64,000 nt of DNA from Alphaproteobacteria bacterium (lineage in GTDB: Bacteria; Pseudomonadota; Alphaproteobacteria; UBA7985; JAUIBT01). Position 1 is the first letter of the stretch; each line of letters starts with the position of its first letter. Shown here one piece after another: positions 30,156 through 40,166 of this stretch. The position numbers and the translations under genes are program-made. The notes under the pieces are model-generated. The model had not been told where the DNA came from and made no database searches. It was given only the letters and a program-made list of their open reading frames with translations. The DNA lies in the NCBI GenBank assembly GCA_030428255.1, contig JAUIBT010000005.1:308-64307 (forward strand). Reading direction: 5' to 3'.

Positions 30156-30308
30156 AGTCGCTTTGCGATCCGCGGAAAGTCGGCGTTTGAGACGTTGAAT
30201 TTTGGCGGAAATCGGGCATTCACACAGGTGAATGGCCAAAAATGGGCAGAAATTCTTGGCATTTCAGGGGAAAGCCGGTAATGAGCTGGGTCTGGGGACA
30301 AAGAACGA

Positions 30309-31415
30309 ATGAGTAAGGCGCGAGAGCTGATGCGCGACCATCGCTACGATCAACACTGGTATGCTGAGCCATCCGGGGACCAATACGTGTCCCACGCGGG
30401 GATGCAGGCGCAGGAATACTACGATCTATCGTATGATCCATATAGCTATAATTCTGCGGATTGGCACGGCTTTAGCTTGGCTGAAATCCTGAGCTATTAC
30501 CGTAGTTTGTATGAGCGCTCGATCTTCCAAGTGGCCGAGGAACTGCGGATCCGCGCGGCCTATTTGCAGGCGCTCGAAGAGGGCAGCTACCATTCTCTGC
30601 CCGGCGTGACCTACGCCAGCGGCTTTGTGCGCACCTACGCGACCTATCTGGGTTTGCCTGCGGATGAAATGGTCGAACGCTTTAAATTCGAAGCGCGCGG
30701 CAAATTCGAGCAACAACAGCCGCTGAAACCCAACCCGATCACCGCTGCAATTGCGCAGCAAAGCCAAGCGCAAGCCAGCAGCAAGGCCCCGCAAGGCATC
30801 GCCTTGGTCGCCTGCCTCTTGATGATCATGGGCGGTTTTGGCACTTGGTGGCTCATGAGCTCCAGCGGCCCAAACATCACCATGCAACCGAACGGCACTG
30901 CTGTTCTGATCGACCCGCAATCGGGTGAGCGCCGCGCGCTGCCCGCAGTGGGCTCAAGCGTGAACGACCGCTCTTTGCCCTTCGTCCAGGCGGACAGCAA
31001 CTTCGAGGCCGATAGCCCGACCGAGCTTCTGGCCGTGCTACAGTCGATCGACAACGACACCCGCTTTGACGTGGACAGCACGCCGTTGGATGCCGCCAGC
31101 CAGGATTCTTTGGATGGCCTGGGCATTGTCTCTGCGGCCCCTGCGGCCACTGCCGATGTGCTGATCAAGGCAAAGCGCTTGACTTGGGTCCAGGTGCGCG
31201 ATCTGCGCGGCAACACCATCGCCTCAGAAGTGCTGCAAGAGGGTCAAGAATTCCAGGTGCCCCAGCAGCCCAACCTCCAGCTTATCTCAGCTGAGCGCGA
31301 GTTTCTGGATATCTATGTTGACGGTGCTTTGGTGCCCAACTTGCGGGCCTTGGATTCCAGTGGCCGTGCCTTCTCCCTGGATCCGCGCGATCTGAAAGAA
31401 GACGTGCTGAGCTAG
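30309..31415 (+). CDS. RodZ-like cytoskeleton protein (cytoplasmic HTH, single TM, periplasmic DUF4115)
   Basis: N-terminal HTH (SIFQVAEELRIRAAYLQALEEGSYHSLPGVTYASGFVRTYATYLGL). TM IALVACLLMIMGGFGTWWLM. C-terminal DUF4115-like region (RLTWVQVRDLRGNTIASEVLQEGQEF). Adjacent to hisS, as rodZ is in E. coli (there ispG lies between them). Confidence 0.65.
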   Translation: MSKARELMRDHRYDQHWYAEPSGDQYVSHAGMQAQEYYDLSYDPYSYNSADWHGFSLAEILSYYRSLYERSIFQVAEELRIRAAYLQALEEGSYHSLPGVTYASGFVRTYATYLGLPADEMVERFKFEARGKFEQQQPLKPNPITAAIAQQSQAQASSKAPQGIALVACLLMIMGGFGTWWLMSSSGPNITMQPNGTAVLIDPQSGERRALPAVGSSVNDRSLPFVQADSNFEADSPTELLAVLQSIDNDTRFDVDSTPLDAASQDSLDGLGIVSAAPAATADVLIKAKRLTWVQVRDLRGNTIASEVLQEGQEFQVPQQPNLQLISAEREFLDIYVDGALVPNLRALDSSGRAFSLDPRDLKEDVLS

Positions 31416-31604
31416 CGCGATCTGCTGCGCACAAATTAAACAAGCCCTGACTGGGCAGCCCTTAGTATCAAGATCGGCGCGCGTCCCAAGGCGAATTCTA
31501 GGGACAGCGCGCTTTTTCATTTCAAAAGCCCTGAAACCTCGGCAGGAGCGCGCAGCGCGTATCCGCCGCGTGAATAGGGCTTTGCGTGCGGCGCTGGCGT
31601 TGCT

Positions 31605-32903
31605 ATGTCTGCCCCCAGTCTACCACCAACCGACAAAGGCCTCGGCGTGAGCAAATTTCAGCCCCAACGTGGCACCCGCGACCTGCTGCCCGATGAGCAG
31701 CGCAAGCATCAGTACATCATCGACGCCGCTCGCAGCATCACGCGCCGCTTTGGCTTTGAGCAAATCGAGACGCCAATCTTCGAATCGACCGAGGTCTTTG
31801 CGCGTGGTCTGGGCGAGGCGACCGATGTGGTCTCAAAGGAAATGTACACCTTCCCGTCGCGCGATGGCAGCACCAGCTTGACCCTGAGGCCTGAGAATAC
31901 CGCTGGTGTCGTGCGCGCCTTCGTCTCCAACGGCTTGGCCAACCAAACCCCGGTCAAGCACTACTATGCGGGCCCTATGTTCCGCTATGAGCGCCCGCAG
32001 AAGGGCCGCTATCGTCAGTTCCACCAAATCGGTGTCGAGCTGATCGGCCAGAGCCAGCCGCAAGCGGACATCGAGACCATCGCTGCCGGTCACATGGTGC
32101 TGGCCGAGCTGGGCTTGCTCGACAAGGTAACGCTTGAGATCAACACCCTAGGCGATACGGACTCGCGCCAAGCCTACCGCGATGCGCTGGTGGCCTACTT
32201 CAGCGATTTCAAAGACCAACTGTCGGCGGAAAGCCAAGAGCGCCTGACCAAAAACCCGCTGCGCATTCTGGATTCCAAGTCTGAGAGCGATCAAGCGCTG
32301 GTCGCCGATGCGCCCAAGTTTGAGAGCCATTTGAACGCGCTGAGCCAGGATTTCTACGCAGAAGTCAAAGCTGGGCTCGAAGCGCTGGGCATCGCCTATC
32401 GCCACAATCCTTTGCTGGTGCGCGGCCTGGACTACTACTGCCACACCGCCTTTGAGTTCACCACGACCCATCTGGGCGCGCAATCGGGCGTGCTGGGCGG
32501 TGGGCGCTATGACGGCCTGGTTGAGATGCTGGGCGGCGCACCGACCCCGGGCGTTGGCTGGGCTGGTGGTATCGAACGTATAGCCCTGTTGCTGGACCAA
32601 GAGCCTGAGCAACCCGAGAGCGTTGCGGTTGTGCCCTTGGGCGCGGACTGCCAGACCCCTGCTCTTGTACTGGCTCACGAGCTGCGCCGGGCCGGGCTGG
32701 CGGTGGATCAATCCTACTCCGGTAACCTGAAAAAGCGCCTGACGCGGGCCAACAAAGCGGGCGCGCGCTATGCCGTGCTGCTGGGCAGTGACGAGCTGGC
32801 CCAGGGCCAGGTGACGCTGCGCGATATGCAGGACGGCGGCCAAGAAGCCGTGGACCGCAACGCCATCGCCGCGCGCCTTACGAGCATGGTGTCGGGCCTA
32901 TGA
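31605..32903 (+). CDS. hisS: Histidine--tRNA ligase
   Basis: Class II aaRS motifs (RDLLPDEQ..., [31 protein letters not shown]) and a C-terminal anticodon-binding domain. Confidence 0.9.
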   Translation: MSAPSLPPTDKGLGVSKFQPQRGTRDLLPDEQRKHQYIIDAARSITRRFGFEQIETPIFESTEVFARGLGEATDVVSKEMYTFPSRDGSTSLTLRPENTAGVVRAFVSNGLANQTPVKHYYAGPMFRYERPQKGRYRQFHQIGVELIGQSQPQADIETIAAGHMVLAELGLLDKVTLEINTLGDTDSRQAYRDALVAYFSDFKDQLSAESQERLTKNPLRILDSKSESDQALVADAPKFESHLNALSQDFYAEVKAGLEALGIAYRHNPLLVRGLDYYCHTAFEFTTTHLGAQSGVLGGGRYDGLVEMLGGAPTPGVGWAGGIERIALLLDQEPEQPESVAVVPLGADCQTPALVLAHELRRAGLAVDQSYSGNLKKRLTRANKAGARYAVLLGSDELAQGQVTLRDMQDGGQEAVDRNAIAARLTSMVSGL

Positions 32904-33985
32904 GCAGCTTGATCGCAAAACTCGAAACCGTACTGGACCGCTTTGAGGAGCTGCAATCCCTGCTGTCTGACCACCCCAACCCCGGAAGCGACGACTACAC
33001 GGCGCTGAGCCGCGAGTACGCGGAGCTGAACCAGGTTGAACCGCAGCTGCGCGAGCTGATGACTCTGCATACAGACATCCAGGACATGCAGGCCATCTTG
33101 GATGATCCCGCCAGCGATACCGACATGAAGGAGCTGGCGAGCGAGGAACTGCCCGAGCTGCAGGCGCGCTATCCCGAACTGGAAAAGGCGGTGCAAATCG
33201 CGCTGCTGCCCAAAGACGAGGCCGACGCACGCAACGCGATTTTAGAAGTGCGCGCAGGCACCGGCGGCGACGAAGCTGGGCTGTTCGCGGCCGACCTGCT
33301 GCGCATGTACGAACGCTATGCGGCCACCCAAGGCTGGCGGGTGGAAACGCTCAGCATGTCGGATACCGGCATCGGCGGCGTCAAAGAAGCCAGCGTGATG
33401 ATCACCGGCCAGAACGTGTTTCAGCGGCTGAAGTTCGAATCCGGCGTTCACCGCGTCCAACGTGTGCCCGAGACCGAGAGCGGCGGGCGGGTCCACACCT
33501 CGGCAGCGACGGTGGCGGTGCTGCCCGAGGCCGAGGAGATCGACGTGTCGGTCAACCCCGCTGATCTGCGCATTGATACCTTCCGTGCATCCGGCGCGGG
33601 CGGTCAGCACGTCAACACCACCGATTCCGCGGTGCGCATCACCCACTTGCCGACCGGCATCGTGGTTAGTCAGCAGGACGAAAAATCGCAGCACAAGAAC
33701 CGCGCCAAGGCGATGAAAGTGCTGCTGTCCCGCCTGTACGAAGTGCAGCGTGAGGAGGCCGACCGCGAGCGGGCCGACAGCCGCCGCCTGCAAGTGGGCA
33801 GCGGCGACCGCTCTGAGCGCATTCGCACCTATAATTTCCCCCAAGGCCGGGTCACCGATCACCGCATTAACCTGACGCTCTATAAGCTGGATCAAGTATT
33901 GCAAGGCGAGGCGCTGGACGACCTGGTGGACGCGCTTATCACAGAGGATCAGGCCGAAAAATTGGCGGCCATGGCGGCGTCTTGA
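32900..33985 (+). CDS. prfA: Peptide chain release factor 1
   Basis: GGQ motif ([44 protein letters not shown]). RF1-type recognition region. Start overlaps the hisS stop. Confidence 0.9.
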   Translation: MSSLIAKLETVLDRFEELQSLLSDHPNPGSDDYTALSREYAELNQVEPQLRELMTLHTDIQDMQAILDDPASDTDMKELASEELPELQARYPELEKAVQIALLPKDEADARNAILEVRAGTGGDEAGLFAADLLRMYERYAATQGWRVETLSMSDTGIGGVKEASVMITGQNVFQRLKFESGVHRVQRVPETESGGRVHTSAATVAVLPEAEEIDVSVNPADLRIDTFRASGAGGQHVNTTDSAVRITHLPTGIVVSQQDEKSQHKNRAKAMKVLLSRLYEVQREEADRERADSRRLQVGSGDRSERIRTYNFPQGRVTDHRINLTLYKLDQVLQGEALDDLVDALITEDQAEKLAAMAAS

Positions 33986-34860
33986 GCCGGGCCCTGCGAG
34001 CCATCCTTGAGGCCAGCGGCGCAGGCCACGGCGACAGGCCGGACCTGGGCCACGGCCTGGATTCAAGGGCACGCACTGGCTTTGCCCTGAGCCTATTGGG
34101 CCTGGATCGTCTGGCTTTGCTGCGCGAGCCGGGGCTTTGCGTGAGCGAAGAGCAAGCCCAGAATTTGGAGGCGGCCTTTGCCAAGTTGGCGCAAGGCATG
34201 AGCCCAGCGCGCATCTTGGGGCGGCGCGAATTCTGGTCGCTGGATTTTGAGATCACACCCGATACGCTAGAGCCCCGCCCAGAGACCGAGATTTTGGTCG
34301 AACAGGCCGTGGCGCTTCTGGCGGACCGTCCCGGCGCTAGGCTGGCCGATTTGGGCACCGGTAGCGGCTGCATCTTGTTGTCGATCTTAAGCGAGTGCCC
34401 GCAGGCAACGGGACTGGGGCTCGACCTGGCCCCCGGCGCGGTGGAGACGGCACTGCGTAATGCCAGGCGACTGGGGTTGGCGGATCGCGCCAGCTTTCTG
34501 GTCAGCGATTGGTTCACCGCCCTTGACCAGCAAAACGGGCGCCCTCGGTTTGATCTTCTGGCCTCCAACCCGCCCTACATCGCTTCGGCGGTGGTCGATG
34601 GCTTGCCGAAGATTGTGCGCGATCAAGACCCGCGCTTGGCTCTGGAGGGCGGCAGGGATGGTCTGGCGGCCTATCGGATTTTGGCAACGCAGGGCCAGGA
34701 CTATCTGGTGCCCGGTGGGGCCATGGTGATGGAGATTGGCTTTGACCAAGAAGCCAGCGTTGCGGCGCTGTTCGCGCAAGCAGGCTGGCGGCCAGGCGTC
34801 TGCACGCGTGATCTTGCCGGCATGCCAAGAACTTGGGTCATGCATGCAGGCGGTGTTTGA
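33982..34860 (+). CDS. prmC: Release factor glutamine N5-methyltransferase PrmC (HemK)
   Basis: SAM motif DLGTGSGCI and NPPY motif ([10 protein letters not shown]). Start overlaps the prfA stop. Confidence 0.85.
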   Translation: MSRALRAILEASGAGHGDRPDLGHGLDSRARTGFALSLLGLDRLALLREPGLCVSEEQAQNLEAAFAKLAQGMSPARILGRREFWSLDFEITPDTLEPRPETEILVEQAVALLADRPGARLADLGTGSGCILLSILSECPQATGLGLDLAPGAVETALRNARRLGLADRASFLVSDWFTALDQQNGRPRFDLLASNPPYIASAVVDGLPKIVRDQDPRLALEGGRDGLAAYRILATQGQDYLVPGGAMVMEIGFDQEASVAALFAQAGWRPGVCTRDLAGMPRTWVMHAGGV

Positions 34861-35115
34861 CTTATGCCAGCAAAGTCACTAGCATCGTTGGCACGTTCCG
34901 GTAACCGGCTTACCGCAACGAGAGAGCGCAGTTGCTAAAAGACTAGCGAGAGCAGCGGGACCGCCTTTGGCGCAAACGCCACTCGTCGGGGCTTCTAGGT
35001 TGGACACCGTCTAAGCTGGACAAGAAGCGAAGGCAGCGCATCTTTACCCAAACCTTGCGATTATAAGATTTTTACGCCCAGCCCTGCTGAGCGCGTTCCC
35101 CACAAAGGGTACTTC

Positions 35116-36003
35116 ATGAGACCAGGCATGAACGGGCGCCGACCGCGCAACCGCAACAACCGTAAATCCCACGTTCCCAATCGGAACCAAGTCTATGAGT
35201 CCTCCGGTCCTGAGAACAAGGTCCGCGGCACGGCTCAGCAGATTTTTGAGAAATATCAGACTCTTGCTCGTGATGCTTTGTCGTCTGGCAACTTGGTGCA
35301 GGCCGAAGCGTTTTTTCAGCACGGCGAGCACTACTTGCGTTTGCACAATATCGCGGTGGAGGCCGCCGCTGAGGCGCAAGAACGCCGCCAGCAGCAGCAA
35401 GGTGAGCGACGCGACACGCGCGGTGAGCGACCAGAACGACCAGAGCACGGCGAACGCCCAGAGCGTGGCGAACGCCCAGAGCGTGGCGAGCGCCCAGAGC
35501 GCGGTGAGCGACCAGAGCGCGGTGAGCGACCAGAGCGCGGCCAAGACAAGCGGCGCGACCGGCGCGACCGCCGGGATCGGCCGGGCGACGACGCAACAGA
35601 CCGCAGCGCAGCCAACCTAGAGGCCAACGACGCAAACGACACCAACCCTGGCGCGAACAAGAGCCCTGCACCCAGTGGTTCGTCGCTTGATCCTTCTGAG
35701 ATGGACCAGCCCGATCTGGGTCAATTGCCCGCTTTCTTGAGCGACAAGCTGCCAGTGCCAGGCGCCAGCAGTGCGGCGGCAGACAGCAGCGGCGATGGCA
35801 CACCCGAGGCGGAAGCCAAGCCCGCTCCCAAACGACGCGGTCGCCCGCCCAAGGCCAAAGTGGCCGAAGACAGCGATTGCGCGCCTGAGGCGGACGCCAA
35901 GCCCGCTCCCAAACGACGTGGCCGTCCGCCCAAGGCCAAAGTGGCCGAAGACAGCGATAGCGCGCCTGCGGGCAACGACGGCGACTTTAGCGACGCAGCC
36001 TGA
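35116..36003 (+). CDS. DUF4167 domain protein with internal GERPER repeats and two AT-hook modules
   Basis: N-terminus MRPGMNGRRPRNRNNRKSHVPNRNQVYESSGPENKVRGTAQQIFEKYQTLARDA matches the conserved alphaproteobacterial DUF4167 N-terminus. Followed by a low-complexity basic/acidic tail. Confidence 0.7.
   Translation: MRPGMNGRRPRNRNNRKSHVPNRNQVYESSGPENKVRGTAQQIFEKYQTLARDALSSGNLVQAEAFFQHGEHYLRLHNIAVEAAAEAQERRQQQQGERRDTRGERPERPEHGERPERGERPERGERPERGERPERGERPERGQDKRRDRRDRRDRPGDDATDRSAANLEANDANDTNPGANKSPAPSGSSLDPSEMDQPDLGQLPAFLSDKLPVPGASSAAADSSGDGTPEAEAKPAPKRRGRPPKAKVAEDSDCAPEADAKPAPKRRGRPPKAKVAEDSDSAPAGNDGDFSDAA
35422..35540 (+). repeat. In-frame 18-bp tandem repeat (GGYGARCGMCCAGAGCGY) encoding GERPER x6 (first copy separated by a PEH insert)
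   Basis: Read directly: GERPERPEHGERPERGERPERGERPERGERPERGERPERG within the DUF4167 gene. Confidence 0.7.
35803..35964 (+). repeat. In-frame 81-bp tandem duplication encoding PEA(E/D)AKPAPKRRGRPPKAKVAEDSD(C/S)A (AT-hook RGRP motif) x2
   Basis: Two 81-bp units differing at about 6 nt, inside the DUF4167 gene. KRRGRPPKAK is an AT-hook-like minor-groove DNA-binding motif. Confidence 0.75.
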
Positions 36004-36115
36004 CGCCGATCCAGTGGAGGGTGATCCATGGGCAAGGCTGTGGTCATCCAACACGGCCAGTTAAGCCGCAAGCGATCACCCGGGGCGAGACGGGTTGCCA
36101 GCCCAAGATCGCAGG

Positions 36116-36209
36116 GCTAGCGCAAAGCCCGAGCAATCGCCCTCGATTGTGCCAAAGGTTCGCAAGGTGCACTTGCGTTAAAATCAAAGCGTTACAACGC
36201 GTTGACTGC
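36116..36209 (+). repeat. Conserved intergenic element, copy A: 41-bp core CTAGCGCAAAGCCCGAGCAATCGCCCTCGATTGTGCCAAAG, variable 22 bp, then AAAATCAAA..GTTA.A.CGCGTTGA.TG
   Basis: The 41-mer (with an internal CAATCG-ccct-CGATTG hairpin) recurs at 60947 with one mismatch, and the downstream block is about 75% conserved. Lies between the DUF4167 gene and holA. Confidence 0.6.
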
Positions 36210-36372
36210 AGGTGCTTCAGCATGACACTGCTCCTCCAAAACAAGTATTATGCTTGTTTGGTTCCAGACGCGCTGCGATCGCTGACGCCCGGCCCGCACC
36301 AGGACCCGCCCCAGGACCACACCGGGTCCCTCTCCGCTTCCCTCGCGTAGCAAATTCGGCTAGGCAGAGGGC

Positions 36373-37431
36373 ATGAAAGCCTCGCCCCACGATCTTGTCC
36401 CTGGCTCCAAGGCCCTGACCCAAGCGCGCTGCGTGCTGCTGTTCGGCAGCAACCCTAGCCTGGGCGAGGCGCTGAAGGACGGCCTGTTGTCCGACTTTGC
36501 AGCCGAAGAGGAGACGCGGGTCTTTGCCGCCGCCGACCTGCGCAAGCAGCCGGGCGCATTCTTGGATGGCCTGGCAGACATGGGCCTGTTCGCCAGCCGT
36601 CAAGCCAGCTTGGTCAAAGAGGCCAGCGACGCCCTGACCAAGACCATCGAACAGGCCGCCGAGGCACTGGCAGGGCGCGACGACCGTCTGTTGGTTCTGC
36701 AAGCGGGTGGCTTGGGTGCAGCCTCCAAGCTGCGCAAGGCCGCCGAGGCCTCGCGCCACATGCTGGCCGTCGCCTGCTATGAGGAGAGCCCCGAGTCGAT
36801 TGTGGCCTTCATCAAGCAAGAGGCCGGTCAGCGCTATAACCGTCAGCTCAGCGACGCTGCGGCCCAGAGCCTGCGCGCGCTGGTTGGCGATGACCGCCTG
36901 CTGATCCGCTCTGCCTTGGCTTCTTGCGATCTTTACGCGCTGGACGAGCCCGACTTGACCCCCGAATTGATCGAGGCCTGCTTGGTCTCGACCGCAGCCT
37001 CCAGCTTGGACCAGGCCCTGCAAGCCACCTTTGACGGCCGCCCGGACACTCTGGCCGCTGCCCTGGGGCGCTTCGAAGGCGACGCCAGCGGCCTGTTGAT
37101 CGCCTGCCAGCGCCACGCACTGCGCTTGGCTCAGGTGCGCGCGGGCCTGGATGGCGGCGGCGCACTGGATGGCCTGATGGCGCGGCTGCGTCCGCCGGTG
37201 TTCTGGAAACAAAAGGCCAGCTTTTCCGCCCAGGTGCGTGCCTACCCGGCCAGCGTGCTGAGCGCCGTCTCCTCGGCGCTGCTCGAGGCCAGCTATAAGG
37301 CACGTGCGCACCACGAGAGCGGGGCGGCCTTCATCGCACAATCGCTGATGTCGGTGGCCCAACGCTTGGCGCGGGTGCGAGCTCAGTTGAAGAGCCAGTC
37401 CCAAGCCCGCCGCCACCCGCCCAGCCGCTAG
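36373..37431 (+). CDS. holA: DNA polymerase III subunit delta
   Basis: 352 aa. LLFGSNPSL..., then a C-terminal region with RLRPPVFWKQKASFSAQVRAYPASVLSAVSSALLEASYKAR, typical of HolA. The longer antisense ORF 36217..37536 is a low-complexity A/G/R shadow. Confidence 0.7.
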   Translation: MKASPHDLVPGSKALTQARCVLLFGSNPSLGEALKDGLLSDFAAEEETRVFAAADLRKQPGAFLDGLADMGLFASRQASLVKEASDALTKTIEQAAEALAGRDDRLLVLQAGGLGAASKLRKAAEASRHMLAVACYEESPESIVAFIKQEAGQRYNRQLSDAAAQSLRALVGDDRLLIRSALASCDLYALDEPDLTPELIEACLVSTAASSLDQALQATFDGRPDTLAAALGRFEGDASGLLIACQRHALRLAQVRAGLDGGGALDGLMARLRPPVFWKQKASFSAQVRAYPASVLSAVSSALLEASYKARAHHESGAAFIAQSLMSVAQRLARVRAQLKSQSQARRHPPSR

Positions 37432-37435
37432 CGCC

Positions 37436-38560
37436 ATGCCACAGACCCCCACCATCGAAGCCAGTATCAAGGCCGAGGCCCGCGCGCTGGGCTTTGACGC
37501 TGTGGCCATCACCCCCGCCGCTCTGCCCGACATCACCCAGGCTCGCTATCGCGCCGCGCTGGATCAGGGCTGGCACGCGGGCATGGATTGGCTGGCCGAG
37601 CGCGCCCAGCAGCGCCGCCACCCGCAAGGTCTGTGGCCGCAGGCGCGTTCGGTCATCGTGCTGGCCGCAAACTACGGTCCCGACCACGACCCGCTGGAGG
37701 GACTGGCCGACCCCGGCCGCGCAGTGATTTCGGTCTATGCTCAGAACCACGACTACCACGACCTGGTCAAGAAGCGGCTGAAGGCGTTGGGCCGCTGGAT
37801 GCAGTCCCGCTATGGCGGTGAGCTGAAGGTCTTTGTCGATACCGCGCCCGTGCTGGAAAAGCCGCTGGCTGCGCAGGCTGGGATTGGCTGGCAGGGCAAG
37901 CATTCAAACCTGGTCAGCCGCGACTTTGGCTCTTGGCTGTTTTTGGGCGAAATCTTCACCACGCTGGAGCTGGCCGCCGATGCGCCCGAGGTCGATCACT
38001 GTGGCTCCTGCACGCGCTGCATCACCGCCTGTCCGACCGGCGCGATTGTCGAGCCCTACCGCTTGGACGCGCGGCGTTGCCTGGCTTATCTCAACAACGA
38101 GCATCACGGTCCGATTCCGCGCGCCTACCGGGCGGCCATGGGCAACCGGGTCTATGGCTGCGACGACTGCCTGGCGGTCTGTCCTTGGAACAAGTACGCC
38201 CAGGCCAGCAAGGAAGCCGCCTTTCAGCTCCGCCCCAGCCTGGAAGGCGCGCGGCTGGAGGATTTTTTGAGCCTGGATGATGGCGCCTTTCGTGCGCTGT
38301 TTTCCAAGTCGCCGATCAAGCGACTGGGCCGCGACCGCTTCTTGCGCAACCTGGTCATTGCTTGCGGAAACTCGGGGCTAGCGCACTATGTACCCGCTCT
38401 GACCGCGTTGCTTGGCGATGACGCGCCGGTGGTGCGGGGGGCAGCGGTCTGGGCCCTGGCCGCGCTGCTGGAGCCCGCCGCCTGGCGAGCGCTCAAGGCC
38501 GCCCACCTGCCCGGCGAGAGCGACCCGGATGTGCGCACGGAGTGGGAGGTTGGCGCTTAG
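37436..38560 (+). CDS. queG: Epoxyqueuosine reductase
   Basis: Two 4Fe-4S ferredoxin motifs (CGSCTRCITACPTGA, CDDCLAVCPWN). Cobalamin-binding N-terminus. C-terminal HEAT-like repeats. Confidence 0.85.
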   Translation: MPQTPTIEASIKAEARALGFDAVAITPAALPDITQARYRAALDQGWHAGMDWLAERAQQRRHPQGLWPQARSVIVLAANYGPDHDPLEGLADPGRAVISVYAQNHDYHDLVKKRLKALGRWMQSRYGGELKVFVDTAPVLEKPLAAQAGIGWQGKHSNLVSRDFGSWLFLGEIFTTLELAADAPEVDHCGSCTRCITACPTGAIVEPYRLDARRCLAYLNNEHHGPIPRAYRAAMGNRVYGCDDCLAVCPWNKYAQASKEAAFQLRPSLEGARLEDFLSLDDGAFRALFSKSPIKRLGRDRFLRNLVIACGNSGLAHYVPALTALLGDDAPVVRGAAVWALAALLEPAAWRALKAAHLPGESDPDVRTEWEVGA

Positions 38561-38588
38561 CAGCGAACCGATACTCACCCAATACTGA

Positions 38589-40097
38589 TTAATTCTGATC
38601 TTGAGGGTCGGTCGGAGGTTTGGGAAATCGACTGACGATCTTGTCCCAAATCGGGGTCTTTCTTGCACCTGACTCCTTGTTGCCAGCATAGGGCATTTTG
38701 TCGGCAGGGTTAAAGGCTATTTGCTCCAAGACCATAGCAGCAATTTCTCCCCTATAGTCTTCAGCTTGCTTGCTGAAGCCCTCAATCGAGACTGCCATAG
38801 AGTACTTGTATGAATAGTGTTCGCGCAATCGAAAGAGCGACGCGTGTCGCCTAGAGGCGAATGACACAAACCAAATTGCTGGCAGCAAAATAACATAGCG
38901 CCCAAAGACTTGCCCAAGATATTGCCAACTCGTGGGCTCTCCTAGTGGTTTGGGATCGTATACCAGATTTGTCAAATTCGGCCATATCTGCTGCAAGATC
39001 GGTAGAGCGACTGGCAGCGCAACGTGCAGCAGCAGCGGCACTGCCGAAACAAACAAGATCCCAATGCCGAAATAAAAGACCCACCGCGCCCTGTCTAGCT
39101 GCCGATCCAGATCATTTCGCGCGTCCCCGAAGCTGCTCGCCAACCCAGCTGCAGTAGCACCCGTCAGCATTGATTCGCTTTTCGAAATTAATTCGGCAAC
39201 TTGCACTTTGTTAGATTCAAATACTTTAAACAACGCTTTTTGTTGTTCGAGACCATCTTTGAGATTTACCATTCTTTCATCTAATGCTTTATCAAATTCG
39301 CGAAATTGATTTCTATACGCACTTACTTCTTTTTCCAATGACGAAGCATTTTCATATATTTCGTTAATTTGATTTCTTTTTGTTGCGGATGATTCCAAAT
39401 TGTCGTCAATTTCGTTATTTATTTCGATGGATTTAGACAATAATGATTCGATGTTTATTTTTGCAGAATCAAAATTTCTTAATATTTCTTTCAATTTGAT
39501 ATAATTAGTGTTTGCGTTATCTTTTATTTTATTTATTTTTGTAAGTTTATTTTCTTGCTCTTCTAGGATGTTTGATAGTATTTCAGAAATTGCTCCAAAT
39601 TTAATTTTGTTAATATTTGGTAACACTATAGTTGATACTGTATAAAAGTGCTCCAATAATTTTTCAGTACCATCTACAAGATTCTTAAATAGAGAAGAAA
39701 AATCATGCGCTTGTGAGTTGTTTGCTAATATGTGGAAATTTTCGTAACTAAATGATTGAATACCGCCATTGTTGTTAATAAATGTTTCAAATTTGGTTTT
39801 AATATCTTGTAAACGTGCATCAACCTCGTTGATTGCCGCATCCAAATCTTGGTATCGCAATTTCGGGGTCATGATTGCCCTCTTAGAGTCAGCCATACTT
39901 TTGGCCAAATCGGCAACGGTCAACAGCCGAGTCAGGCAATCCGCATAATTGAGGTCCCTGCCGGGTACCTCTTTGCTGATATCAAAAATCGGCTCCCCAC
40001 TTTTGGTCAACTTACGAAAGTCGCTTTTAAGCGCCTTTGCCTTGGCAGCGAGGGATTGCAGCTTGTCGATGATCTGCTGGAGGGCTTCTTGTCTCAT
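38589..40097 (-). CDS. Low-GC orphan gene: 502-aa coiled-coil protein with C-terminal two-transmembrane module (likely horizontally acquired; function unknown)
   Basis: Reverse-strand ORF. Its codon usage is unlike its neighbours (AAT/AAA/ATT/TTT-rich, central part about 30% GC). Residues 1-330 are predicted coiled coil (K/E/N/I/L-rich heptads). Then two hydrophobic helices (WVFYFGIGILFVSAVPLLLHVALPVALPIL, YVILLPAIWFVSFA) and an 80-aa charged tail. No known catalytic motif recognised. Confidence 0.6.
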   Translation of the reverse strand: MRQEALQQIIDKLQSLAAKAKALKSDFRKLTKSGEPIFDISKEVPGRDLNYADCLTRLLTVADLAKSMADSKRAIMTPKLRYQDLDAAINEVDARLQDIKTKFETFINNNGGIQSFSYENFHILANNSQAHDFSSLFKNLVDGTEKLLEHFYTVSTIVLPNINKIKFGAISEILSNILEEQENKLTKINKIKDNANTNYIKLKEILRNFDSAKINIESLLSKSIEINNEIDDNLESSATKRNQINEIYENASSLEKEVSAYRNQFREFDKALDERMVNLKDGLEQQKALFKVFESNKVQVAELISKSESMLTGATAAGLASSFGDARNDLDRQLDRARWVFYFGIGILFVSAVPLLLHVALPVALPILQQIWPNLTNLVYDPKPLGEPTSWQYLGQVFGRYVILLPAIWFVSFASRRHASLFRLREHYSYKYSMAVSIEGFSKQAEDYRGEIAAMVLEQIAFNPADKMPYAGNKESGARKTPIWDKIVSRFPKPPTDPQDQN

Positions 40098-40149
40098 GCC
40101 GTCAACTCAGTTGTAGAGGTCGAGCAGAGATCCTATGGTCTCGCTGCGA

Positions 40150-40166
40150 TTTATACAGTATAAATT
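40150..40166. promoter_or_regulatory. 17-bp perfect palindrome ATTTATAC-A-GTATAAAT (also a -10-like TATAAAT) 53 nt upstream of the island gene
   Basis: Read directly. Followed by a second inverted repeat CAATAT-tctc-ATATTG at 40171-40186. Confidence 0.4.

Noticed and set aside
36217-37536. 439-aa minus-strand ORF overlapping holA
   Set aside because: The A/G/R-rich translation is typical of high-GC antisense frames. The plus-strand frame gives a recognisable DNA polymerase III delta subunit with a sensible RBS.
39849-40163. 104-aa plus-strand ORF within or overlapping the island gene start and upstream palindrome
   Set aside because: It is antisense to the long low-GC ORF, has no RBS, and would place the palindromic promoter elements inside coding sequence.
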